This document shows positions 10,216 through 23,700 of a stretch of 64,000 bases of DNA, piece by piece. Each line of letters begins with the position of its first letter. Position 1 is the first letter of the stretch. The notes below the pieces were generated by a model. The model did not search any database. It was not told the DNA's origin and saw only the letters and a program-made list of their open reading frames with translations. The translations under genes were made by a program, and so were the position numbers. Origin of the DNA: Balanoglossus misakiensis (taxonomy: Eukaryota; Animalia; Hemichordata); assembly GCA_040954595.2 (NCBI GenBank), contig CM082583.2:10243656-10307655 (forward strand). Direction: 5' to 3'.

Positions 10216-13073
10216 GAACAAGGTACTTAGTTTAATTGCTTCTCCTGGGTACTAAGTCTGTGAGGGAGTTTCTAGATTTTAACTTCGCGGGGGGGGGGGG
10301 GGTAGACTGAAATATTCAGTCGCGTGTGCTTACGAAGGGTTGAAAGCAGTACCGTACGCCCGCACACGACTGAATCTTTCAGTCTGGGGGTTGGTTTTAT
10401 ATGGCGGCTTGCACGGAAGAAATTAACATTGTATTCATGATGACATCCATGTTGAAACATGCCAACATGACAGCATGCTAGCATTTGATTTCAACTTGCA
10501 AAATCCGAAAGCATTCTGTAAGACCGGTCGATCTTCATGATGAGTTTGGGGAAATTCGGGCGTGGCTGTGTGTGTAGCGCCCTCCGTTGACTGGTTCCGT
10601 TCATGGTTGCTGATGAATCTATATGCTGGACAAAGTGAAAATGACTGTGCCGTCAGTTTGAACTTGTTGTTCACTTGCAAAATAGCAATCCAGAACTTAT
10701 CAATGTTAGACAGGAGGCTTCTGTAGCTAAGGGTTTGAACTTTTCACTCAGATACATAGATGATATTTCCCTGAATAATATAATCCCATATTCAGTGAAA
10801 ATCTCTGATATATCAGTCAAGGTAAGACTGCGTTACGAACACCTCCAGGTGTAAGTGAGAGAATCCGGATCAAAAACGTTTTTCTTCCATTCTCCGACGC
10901 ATGCAATTTGTTTAATCCCCGCCCCCGACAGATCGTGAACTTCAAGACCGTAAAAGTGATCGATATAATCCCATGGCGATATATATATATATAGAACTAA
11001 TTTACACACAACCAAGCGGCAATAGGTATCTATTATATTATTGATAAATGTCGTTTTTCTAATGAAACTAGAGATACATTTTCACTCGCGGCACTTGTAT
11101 TAGGCACACCTAATTCCTACCAAGCTAGGGAGCAATAGCAAAAGTCCAGGTCAGCTAACAAACACCCCAATCACTTTAATGTGGTGGGAGTTGACCCCCA
11201 AAAGTTTTGTTGAAACCCGTCTCCAACCACTCGTGCGCATGAAACAGCCTTGCGATAGGTTCAATTTTCGTCAATTAACGTGATAGGGATCAAAGTCTTA
11301 AATCTTTTCTCATAGTTTGCTCAAGGCACTTTATATTATTCTAGTTTAAATTTGAGAATTAAAACAATGTATATATTCTCACGTCGCCGTAATATCGCGT
11401 ATATATCACGCGAGCAATGGTATCTGATCAAAACCAGGTGTAGATTATATATAATAATTTATTCAGTACCAATGGCCGGGTGTAGATTTGTACCAGGTGT
11501 TGTTCATTCCATGCCTTCATTTCCGCTTTGCTCGCGTAGACTCCCCAGGAAACACAAAGGCCACAACAAGCAGGAAATGAAGATACCAAGCCTTACATCA
11601 AATTTGTCTCCGGAAAAAGGCTTAAGTCAGACCTTCGGGCTGTGGTAGGAAAATGTAATGCCTACGTCCTCATGATACTGACTCATTAAAATAATATCAC
11701 CCGATGGGACATTTTCCGTTTTCGAACAGAATATGCATGTCACGCGTCACCCCTAGTGCTCAACCGCGTATATGCCAGAGTTTAATGGCGACCTAAAGGT
11801 GTGTGCAAGCCAATGGCGGTCCTGATATGAATTTATACTCATTAGTTTCTGACGATATCCCTTTCATCTTCCTAGATAGGTTATGAATTTTAATCGATAT
11901 TTCAACTTTTTCTTACAACCCCTGGGAAACGGACGCGACGCAATATGAATGGTTGTTTATATTTTGCGTCCTCTTTGTAAATCCAGTTTTACAAGACAGA
12001 AAATACAAAATAAATCCTATCCCGCGGTTATGCTTAAAAGCGCCTTTTAGAAGATTGGCTGTTCTCTGAAATTTGCCGTTCTTCTCTTTGTGCCGTTTGC
12101 CTTCAATTTTTTGTGTTTCCAGATTAACTTTGACGCACGGCCATTTCGTCAACCCCCCCCCCCCGGGGGGGCGACGGAAGCTGAAATTAATCGAGCGAAT
12201 GCAAAGATGGACTCCAACTTCACGTTGAATGTGTGTTGACAGTGCCCTCGTTTGTATACGCCAGCGACCATCTTGAAATTGTGTCGACCATATGAGATTT
12301 TCATCACTCACCTAGTAGGTAGCAAAGACCTATTTAAAGTATATAGGGAGAATCGTTGTAAACCTTAATGACTTAACCGTAAAAAGAGTCAATCGACGCG
12401 ATTTTCTTTTGGAGCGTCATTCACAGCGCGGCGCACTCCTCAGGCTCACAAATCATCTTTGAAGACGAACAGTGGTATTGTCATGGTGACAGTGAATAAA
12501 TACGTTTTTCCCGCGGCAGTCTTCCTTTTTCAGCCTATTTCTCTGAAAAACTGCGAGGCAGCAACTCCTTAAGCCGGTGGGTTATATGTGAAAGAATCAT
12601 TTTTTATTTAAAAATAATATTCATCAACAAATGGAAGCCAACTATCAAAGTTATTAATTTTTCAGTGCGCGGATCAGGTACATGTGGAGATGATTTGATC
12701 AAGGCGTTGAATGAGCTAATCCTCAAGTACGAGTTTCGAAAGTAATGTGTCGGAGAAGATCGGCGTAAATGCAAGTGTCTGCTGTAAATTACTGTCACTT
12801 GTTGAGTTAATGATGTGTTCATAATTGGGAGTCGTCGGGGACATTTACAAGAATCGAACTGACGGCGGTTGCTTCAGAGGACGGTTGTTCTGATTGAATG
12901 GTGCAAGGCAGCATGTCGCTGATGTGTCAATCAGGGTTTGATGATTAGGCCTCGGTTTATTCATGGCTTGTGCAGTTTAGATCAGGGCATTAGTTCCACG
13001 AGGTTTATTGCAGAATCCACGGTGTGAAAGATCGACCGACCGATCGACATGGTGTTAGGGTGTGCGCGCAGTA

Positions 13074-13118
13074 GATGGGTGGGTGGGCGGATGGGTGGGT
13101 AGATGGATGGATGGATGG
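13074..13118 (+). repeat. Imperfect (GGGT/GGAT)n tetranucleotide microsatellite; 5' part matches a G-quadruplex pattern
   Basis: gatgggtgggtgggcggatgggtgggtagatggatggatggatgg. Confidence 0.8.
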
Positions 13119-14313
13119 CTTTATTTAAAAAAAATCATTTATGTATGTTTTACACCAAAGTTTGTTGAACTGCGTCTTTGAAGTGCTCAAGTGGTGCCCA
13201 AGAGCGACTAGAGTTCAATGCCGTGTCATTTTTACCGATTTCCACCCGGAGTGTCTTTGTGCGGGGCTCACTGCAATTACCACGGCCAACTATGGAATAA
13301 CGTTGTGTTGGTTGTACTTCCAACATCGTTAATGTGGCCAAAATATTTTAATCGAAGCTGACGTGCTGTGTGATGGCAGTGGCAATCGGTTTGGATAATT
13401 TTACTGAAGTGAATAACAAAATCAGCAGCAGTATATTCCATTTGGATGACATTCATTCATGGTGTTTTCAGGAATAGATAATTACCAGGATTTTCCACAT
13501 GCAGGAAATTAGGTTTCTTAAATGGTGAAGGCACTGACGTCGTCGTACGATGAACTTTGGTTAGTCGTTTTCTCAGAATATTTTTTTTCCCTCCAAACTG
13601 TTCGTTTTCTGTTTAAACAAAAATTAATTTCATGAATTTGGTGACGTGGGCTGACTCCAAAAACGGTTCAGTCTGATCCTTTGCGGGATATACATCTGGA
13701 ACGTAGTTTCATCAATTTGAAAGGTTTTTGTCTATCAGCGTGAAATAAAACGGAGCGTCCGCACTTTGTACGGGGAGCCGTCAATCTGAAAAGCCGGGCG
13801 ACCCGTTCACAATACATTGACACCGCCGAGGGTTTGGATTTGCTTAAAAGTCAGCGACCCTGAAAGGGAGACACGAAGCATAAAATCTAAACAAAGAAAA
13901 CGAAGTCACGAAGATTTGAAACTTGGCAGTGTTTCATGAAAACTGAACGTTCCAGGAATCCATACATGTATGCTTTGGTTTTTTTTTGGATTAATGGATG
14001 CTGCAATCCTTCCAACCAAACTGACTGTAACCCATGGTAACCCACGCGCTCTTCAAAACCAACAAATCACACTACGATCGCAGAACATGTATAGAAGCCG
14101 TGAATCGTGAGCCGTGAGTCCGACTCTGGTGGTTGCAACATAAACACAAGTATACCCCCAAACATTCATAAACGCAGGCAGAAACTACAATTCGATACCT
14201 ACAAACTTGAAAGTAGCATTATGAAATAACATTTACAAGTCTAAATGTCATGTACGGTGAAAGAGGGAACACGACCGCTAATAGGAGGGATTTATTTCTG
14301 TCCCTTTCGGGCG

Positions 14314-14320
14314 TATAAAG
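14314..14320 (+). promoter_or_regulatory. Candidate TATA box of the PCSK1-like gene
   Basis: TATAAAG 486 bp upstream of the ATG. An exact RFX X-box match (GTAACC-CAT-GGTAAC) lies at 14027-14041. Confidence 0.35.
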
Positions 14321-14799
14321 CTTTATCAGTTGTCACAGACAATAGATGTGCTCCCTCTAGAGTGGGAAAACGAGACTATTCTCTTGAGAGGTATGAAAAT
14401 GTCGCCTGTAGGCTGAGCTTTTCATACGCATCAGCACCAGCGGCAGAAACCGTGCGCGTCTCGGTCTTTTGTATTTCCAAGCGCAGCAGTCGGACTTCCG
14501 TATCGTCTAGAGGATTCTGGGTAATTAAGTGATGTCAACACGGCAGCCTGGTCCAAAGTACCCGCTTTTCATGTGAATAAATACAGCGAGCTGCCTCCAA
14601 CAGCTGTTTTCGAGAGAACGCGCTCCCAGGCGAGAGACCGTCAGCTGACCCGCTTTGTGCCATTTGAACGTACGACAACACTGAGGGTCATAGACGGGCA
14701 CGAACAATTCAGTTTGAACACGAGAGTAGCGATCAGGCATCGCGCTACACTCTTTTTATTTCGTTGTTTTGAAATTTTATTTTTTTTCTCTTTAAAGTT

Positions 14800-17700
14800 A
14801 TGATTTGGCGGACATCCTGTCTTGTCAACTATGTGATAGTTTCGCTGGTTCTCATATTGGTTGCGAGTGAGATCGACCACGATGGCTACACAAACGACTG
14901 GGCTGTGCACATCCCCGGAGGCGAAAGACAAGCCCGGCTGGTAGCTGAAGAGCACGGTTACGATTATATTGGACCGGTAGGTGAATTTTCTAAGAACTAT
15001 TATGATCTAACGTAGTATACATGTTAATCATTCTACAACCAAATCTCTGTAAGAATCGGGTATTCAAATTTGCCTTATATATACATCTGCAATGCAGTTG
15101 TGATATCAATTTTACCCCCTTCCCTCGAAATTAATCCGGTAGAGCCCAAATGTGCTGTTCATGGACGGAATTGTCAAAAATATGTAAAGATTTAAAAAAA
15201 CAAAACATTCCAATCATTCATTCATTCACTCACTCGCTCGCTCGCGCACTCAATCAATCAATCAATCGATCGATCAATCAATCAATCTGTCAGTCATCCA
15301 AGTTGTTTCATCAAAATCAGGCTGTTTAGTCATCAACACTTAGATGCTTACAACGCGTCATTCAACTTTCGCGGCAATGTGTGCGAGAATTAAACTGTGG
15401 AAGTGGTCAATATAGCAAGCATACCATTTGTTGCCCCGCCACTCAGCAAAATCAACTAAAACACGCAGTGGTGTTGTTCGCGCATGTCGCGCTAGTTCGT
15501 TCTCATTTTAACTGCTAACGCGATGCTATTTCAAGAGTCGAATACGAGAGAGATTCATTCAACCACACAATATCTATATGACGACACGGTGTCAGTTGTC
15601 TTTTTGTTAACAGACACGGAGTGTGCTTTGTCCACCGTCGCTCAGCTATCATGTTTGCAGTAGCACAATGTGCATTTGCCCCAAGTGTTTATATCAGATA
15701 GACCAATCTATGTAATTTAGCCTAAAAATTACGGATAAATAAGGCAGAATTTACTGCATTTTGCAGCGTTTTGAATCATAAACACAGAAAATGTTGTTTG
15801 CACAGGCGGTAATATCACGCCATGTGCGACCAGTTCGACGGAGCAAAAATCATAGCGACATTCATTTTAATCCCTTTCTACTACATTGTATTTATTTTTA
15901 TCCTGCCTCTGGTGACAAAAGAACCCGCCATGACAGTTGATGAAATATGTTTGATGCCGACTGGATTTTCAGATAATATATGCAATGCGAATACTTCGCC
16001 GCTGGAAACACTTTTCGTAAATTTAAACACATGCATATGTATTACGCGCGTGTGGTTCTTCGTTAAAATCAACCTTGTTACTAAACATACCAATCTATGC
16101 CCGCATCTCTGACGAACAAATTCGGCATAAATAAAGCATGTGCGTGGTACATAGACTTTATTGGCATTTTCCAAGTCGAACGAGATTAACGGTTATAGCA
16201 GGCAGTGTTATGAATGATGCCATGAGCCAGCCACAAATCGTATTAAGGGAGTACTTCGTGTGGCGGCCACTTAAAATGTAATTTCCGGCACTTCCCTTCC
16301 ATGAACGGTATACTGGAAATACTGCGGCGCATTTTATCTTTCAAAGAAGATTGAGGGTGTTAGTGGCTCCATCCATAATTATTTATACCGATACCGACTA
16401 GACTCTTCACGCTACAGGGCAACCTGAGTCGAAACGAGTGTAATTAGGTTGGTACAATTCGTAATCCCCCTGACTCAGCCTGGATATTGCTATTGATATT
16501 TAGCGGCAAAAAAAAAACGTATCTACGAAAATTTCCCAGCAAAATGAAAACACTCAATCATAAAAAATGTAGCCATGTTCATAATTCCCCGAATAAAAGT
16601 TTAACGGGATTGGATATCGCGACGCCATTATCTCGCAGGAGATCAACCCGTACGGTTCGTGACAGTCACGTTGCCCATCTAATAAAAACCGTAATTGATA
16701 TCCAGGGATTTGGTCAGCGTTGCTTTGTCTCCGCTTCTGGCTTGAAGACGGAAACGTGCTAAATTAGCGGCAGCCCCTTCTCCTCCTCGACGTAAAACCA
16801 GCGTTGTCAATATACTTCCACGTAACCACCTGTTGGATTCATGGGCCCACCGCCGCGCTCTCACAAACGGCAGCATGACATCGTGTCAGTCAGGGATTTG
16901 TTGCATCTGCTGGAATTAGATCTATCACACATGTCTTGTAATCTTCCAGGCATCTTACACCCAATCGTAAATGGCCCCCAGATCCCAATTTTAAATGTTA
17001 TCCCTATACTCCGACACCAATAAAGCTGTCGCCGAATACGAATTGCGAAAGTGGAATCGCAAACACGGCGCTCTCGTAAATCATGCCTATAATGTCAAAA
17101 GCCGGTCCCAATTAAGATAAATAAGTACACCAACAGTATGTTGGCAAGATAACAAATGATAATGAAAACTAAACAGCCGTATAGGTCTGAGGCAATATTG
17201 TTTCCTAAATTCAAAATCAGACTGGGTAATAGATGAAATATGTTATCAAGCTATTCGAAGAAAGCGATGCGAAGAAATCAAGCAATGCTTCACCGTAAAC
17301 CTGGGATTCGTCGGTCGCAAAATTATTGAATTTTCGTTGGAGCCAGGTGAAGGCAAAAAACTCACCGCCTTTTTTCGTTTGAAAATTATTGAATGATAAC
17401 GGACATAAATGCCTCCATCGCAGACTACACGTACTAATTTATTTATGGGAGTGAAATAAAAATTAACGAGTTCAGTATCGCTTCACCTGTTAACGCTTGG
17501 CTCCATATCGCCTTAGCCATATATTAACGCTAATAAGCAAGAGCGCCGAACTTGTTCTCACAATAAAACACCGCGCCAAATCTATTTTGGAACACTCTCC
17601 AGAATTTCTTCTCAATGAATCTTAACACCGTACCCATCTAAACTCTAAACTCCCGCGTAGAGTAAGAAGGATGCGCTCCCATGACTGTACTTTTTGACTG

Positions 17701-20700
17701 ACCGTCGACTGAATGCAAGGTGACCGAAAACAGCGAGATCGTACAAGAAACACAAACGTGCCGCTTTGATGAAAATGTCACAGTAATACAGAAGTAAAGA
17801 TGACTGAGTTTAGTGGGGTTTCCCATTCACATAATATTTATAGGTTCATTCTAAATACTCGGTAAGGCGCCTAACCCTAGGCAGCTTTAGGTTCTTGTGG
17901 GAAGATTAGAACGGAGAATCTTGGGAGAGGGTCACACATTACAAACACGTGGCAAGGATAGTTCAAATGGGCCTTGGGCAAGCTCGCTCTTTCGTTATAA
18001 CCATACCTACTACATGTATATTTTATCTGAGAATTTTATGAAAATGAAGGCCCGGGATAGGCGGTCTTGAATGTACAAAATATAAATATGTATAAGCTCA
18101 TGTTTTGATCAATCTTTAAAAAGTGTCAACATGTGCAAAACTCAAAGGAAATGAGGGGGTGTTTTTTGAGAAACCTTAGAAGACTCTTAATGAATGAAGT
18201 ACAGAGGAAATGAGCAGATGTTCAACGTATCCTTAATTCGCCAGGACCACCCCCGTCGTTACAACTGAACTCCCCCTGACATTATCACCATATCGCCATA
18301 TCCATTCAATTCCTGATCTGGTACGTTTTAAATCGGCGCAGGCATAGTTTTGTCTGGGAAATTGGTGCCTGATGGCCGCAATTTGGAGAATCAAAAACAC
18401 ACGTGTGACGTGATTTGAATAATGTATTCTCCTCATGTAAATTTCACTTCTAATTATCGAAGCCACTGTTCTCTTGTTACTCTGTATTGTTATTTATGGA
18501 TTGTCGGTGAATAATAATTGCAGATGTCACTACTTGTTAATAGTTACAATCACACCCCGCTGTGCCTCTTTTCTGCCTGTAATTGTTTTTTAAAGACTGA
18601 TTTCCGCGTGGCGGCAATTTTCTGCACAACGTGTTCTGTTCGTTGTCGTTGAGCTGTATTCTTGCGATCGTAATCATGATTTTGGTGGCGTTGGTAGCGG
18701 CCGGGTCACGTGACGTGCAAGTGGCCATATGGTGAGGGAGAACAGGCTTGACGGTATTTTTGTGGTTGCGATGGCAACTTTAGCGGTGGTGAATGGTATA
18801 ACGACAATGAATGGTGTGTTAGTGGTAGGGAGGACAAAAGCGGCGACCAGATAACAATAATTGAGTTATGATGACGGCAAGTATGTCGGTAATAGAGTGA
18901 GGTCGCAAATGTAAGCGTAAAATGAAGAAAACGCTGTGAAACAGACATATACTTTATAAAATTATAAAATTATACTATGCAAGTGTTCAAATGTCACAAA
19001 AAGCCCATCAGCTAAAAACATTAACATACGATGACATTTATTCAGTTCTGATTTATATCCGAGTGCCTTGCATTAATCGAATCGGAAATCATTTCATGAT
19101 GTGTGCGGAATGTGATAAATCTTCCTCTCCACGTGACCTGCTAACTTCAGGGTTTGTTTACAAAGACAGATGACGAATCGTGCCACGTGACGTTCACAAT
19201 AATTAGACTTCCAGGTTGTTAACATTGAATAGAATAGAATGATAAATAACTGGTGGTCGAATGATGAGAGACTCTCGAGTTTCTCGGCAGTGTTGAAGAA
19301 TAAGAAGATTGAAATGTATTGTTTTGTCTCAGGAAGACGTAGAAAATATACCAGTGCCTTGTGAACTACGGGGATTTTTCTGTCGTACTTTGGCTAAATA
19401 GATAGGAGATTGCCATATCCGCTTATTAGAACGGTAATAGTCTAAGAACAGGCGGACCGTGTCAGATTGAATTATCCATGCACGGTGAACGACAATAGAG
19501 CGCCTCTCGTATCATTCTTACCGAATGTCAGAAGATTGCCGGAGAAAATGAAATAGGATTACAGAGGTTTGTGTAAAAGCTTTTGAATTCGTGATGGAAA
19601 CAGGGAAATTACATGACTGTCGGCGGGGAGTGCCATGACAAACATGATGTTTTCACGACTGAATGTTTGTAACCCATTATGAGTAATTTAGATCAACCAA
19701 TCACGTGCACTGCACAAGCCATCAAAAAACTCGTATCGTGGGAAGTCCATTTCTTGGCATATCAACATACTGTAAAGGCTTTAATTTTCGCTGGGTTTTA
19801 ATTTCAATGTTTTGATGTTTGGGGTACGTTAATTCACGGTTTTAGCTAAAAAACACCAATGAGCACTATTGTAATTTTACTTTTGCACTTAGATTTAATT
19901 TAGAGGATTTTATCATTCAGCTAAAATAACAGTGAAACATTACTGCATTTTCAGTATCTTACGCTGTTTCTGTGAAAAAACACTGCTTATACACGGACAG
20001 GTCTGCAACGTCCAATTAAGTCAAACAAATTGAAGGTTTAATATAGCAAATAATTGGAACGTTTGAAGGATTATCATCATTTTTCTGAAAATCTGTCCCG
20101 AGGCGCAGACTACCTTAAGGCACTGTGTTCGCTGACGTCATCGAAGCAGCTAGCAAAACTGACAGTTATGATTTAACCAGTAACAAACCAGCCAGTAAAA
20201 TAGCTTTGGGTCCACATTAACCCTAAATGTAATGATTGTAGCGGGGGAGTGAACGTAAAACAACACAGGGAAATTTCTTACATAAAAGTTAATTATTTTT
20301 TAATCGAACGTTGGTTACATTATTTATGTAACTCATTTTCCTTCCTCCCGAATTCATTGGATGTACATTGATCAAGTATTGGAAATGTTATCATCGCAAT
20401 TCGTTCACGTCACGCCGTCTGCAATATTTACCGAAGCATCGCCCAAGCGTTAATACGGACGTTATACCGTGAATCATCTACAAGACTGTAGAACATTATT
20501 TTAAAAATAGTATTTTACATGTAAATGTAATTTGCGCGCACATCGACACGAGGTCATGTGTGAGCGATATGAGCAGTAAAAATTAATCAATTCGAGTTGT
20601 CGCGCCCGTTTGAGGTCGAACATTTGATCAAAATTTACGACTTTCAGTCGACACAGGTGGCTTTGGACCGCCGCATGCCGCCTTCAAGGGGCGATCTAAG

Positions 20701-23700
20701 AGAGTAGACTGCAGCCAGAATCTAAGTGAGTAGCCGACGTATTGATGACTTTAGGTTAGCGCAGAAATTTAAGCTTTTTAACATTATTATCTCGGCGATA
20801 TCGGGGAGACAGCAATGTGTACATCTATGTTCGGAGTTATTTGAATTATGACTTTGAAGTAGACAATTAACATTCCTCGTGTTGGAAACGCGGCGTCGTC
20901 ATTACTCATAGGAGTCCATTGACGAAAAAATCCCCTATCCCAGATTTTCCCCCATTTGATTCTTTCGTACACAGGGACAACGTTGTCACGGCCAGACCCC
21001 AAGACTACAGACCACAATACGCTCAGAGTATTATAACCATATCAAGGACAAATCCGTTGAACATTATAAAAAGATAAACGATAAGCAGTGTCAGGTGTTT
21101 AGGAAATAATGAGCAAGCCCTGCCCTATATTTGGCGCCCGCAATGCATCAATTTATGACTTATCAATTCCTGAAATGGTCACATTTCAATGGCAGTGTCA
21201 CCTCTAAAATCATTATAAGAGGCGCGTACTGACACTTGTCTTGCGCAGTGTCTTGAAGCTTTGGATTTTGTTGGACAAAACCATTAGAGCCATTTCTTGA
21301 AATCCAATATATTTCGAATCAACAGAACAGACATTGATGTCTGAGTTTGTCGTTCGGGTATTTTAAGTTTATTACATCAACAGGTGGCTGTCTGTATTAA
21401 GCTAGAGTAACGATGTGCGTGTATTTGTGTGGTACGTGTAAAGACCAGAATAGATTTTGTCAGATCATGCCAACTCTGCTTGTAGGGATACGAACATAGC
21501 CTAATTAAAACAAATTGTCCTGTACTTGGTATTGTATGTTGTGTCCATAACTGAGCCGGTTGTCATGGTCACGGAGAGGCAACAACAGTGGAAGTAAAAT
21601 GGGCGCAGGACGAACTCGAGAATAACAGGCAGAGAACATCTCTTTACGTCCAATAATTTCATCAAATTGATATAAACGCAGATGTACGCAAATGAAAATA
21701 ACCCAGCGGCGCACGTAGCAGGAATTTACGCTGTCATGTTGTTATGCCCTCAGGCCGGATGCACGAGTAAGTGCTTTGAGTGTGGTGGAATGGGAAAGCA
21801 AGTTAAATTTTGCAAATTTTCCATCCTCGTATGACTGAGGTGACCACACCTATATAACCTGTCCAAATTTGTATATTCAGTTTTAGTCAGTGGTAAAAAA
21901 CAGTTCCATACACACCCAGTCACGTAAGAGAATTTATTAACTTGTATTTATTCGAATTTTAAAGTAAAATCATAAAATTACTATAAAATGCGGCTTTATT
22001 TGTGGACCAATGAGAAGTAAAAGCAACCAGATGTTATATTCAGGAATAAATCGATCTAACTGCTCATCGATCATGAACATTAAATCTCAGACCTGCGACA
22101 AACAACCATATGGTATTTCTTCCCTTCAACATAAAGTACACGGACCATTTTAATGCAAGTAAAATTTCACACAAAATACGTTAGTGTTAACGGAAACCAT
22201 TGACCAAAGCAGAGAATAGGAGTCTATGGCACGTGGAAACGTTTGTTTTCCAACATTTAAATGCATGTAGTCCTAATCGAAACAATCAAATGCTTTACTG
22301 TTGTTTATTTGCACCATGTGGCAGCATTAAAATGATGGATTTTTTTCCTAGCGTGTATTGACCATTAACTGGTGACGTACTGCCATGATATGGTAAACTC
22401 TAATAATGGAATAGTCAATACTGGACAGTACACAGTGGTTGCGTTGATTATATCGCTTTCAGACGGAGGCCGTCCTCGTCGTCGGTTTATTTGCGTTTTT
22501 ACTTAAATAACTCAATTTACTGGACGGGTTGAGGTCAGGGATACATGTTATCAAACAGGTCTGGAGTTGTACGTCTTTACGTTCATGTAAATTTGCCCCA
22601 CACTTCACCAATCTAACACATTTGGGGAAAGATATGATAACCTTAAAACCACTTCCAAAATTAACTTCGGATAATTCTAAATCGACGTGACTGTTTTTGA
22701 CTGAATTTGTTGCGAATATACTATCGAAGCCAAACGAAAAAAAATTTCAAGCTCTACACATGCACAATCATAATAGTTATCTCAGATTTTTTTATTTACG
22801 TTTCGCCTTGTCTTCCTAACACGATCTGAACCGTATTAATTTGATGCAGCTGTCCTGCTATCGATTGGCTGTGTCGTCACAGCTGTTGCACGTCAATATT
22901 TCCGATATTTGACGATTGGCAGGGATTTCCCGTTATTTTTTCGTCCCTGCAGGTGCATTTTTATTGCGTTTGCATTTCTGGTGGACCGTGGTTCAGTTAA
23001 AAATATATATAATTGAGAATATCCATGGAAATGCAAGGTGAAACCTGTCAATTGCGCAGTCGCAATCTTCTGTTGTCAGTTTGATTATTGCGGTCCGGGT
23101 GACAGGTTGTGCACGTAATATATCTTGACTGGATTACGTTGGGGTTGACTGTCGTCACACACCCCCCCCCCCATCTCTCTCTCTCTCGCTCGCACACCCA
23201 CGTGCACAATACAAACAATATCGCGGTGTGTCTTTGATACACGTCACCGCGTTCATATAGCGACTGCGGTGACAACAGCGATCTGACACACACAGTCACA
23301 GTTCAATCGCGATACTAAAAATCATGTCAGCGTGAACAACTCTCCACATGAAACGTATAAGGTCATTAAAATGGCGTCGAGGAACGGCACCCATGATGTT
23401 ATCGATTTATCCTCTGAATAAAATTACGTAAAATGAATTTTATTTCATAAAACCATTGCCAGATTGCGTGCGTCTTTCGGGCAACAGTGCCGACGGCATC
23501 GGGCCGGGCAAGCTGCAGGCAGTATAATTTAGTGCACCATGCACCTCAAATTTGATAACAATAATTGTCAATGTGATTAAACTACACACAGTCCGGGTGT
23601 GTGATGAAATGGGTGAATTTCAGCCTGGACTTTCCCTGCCATGACGTAGTCAGTCACGCGTCACAACTGTGGTACCCGGCAAACCCGGGATTTGATTTGA

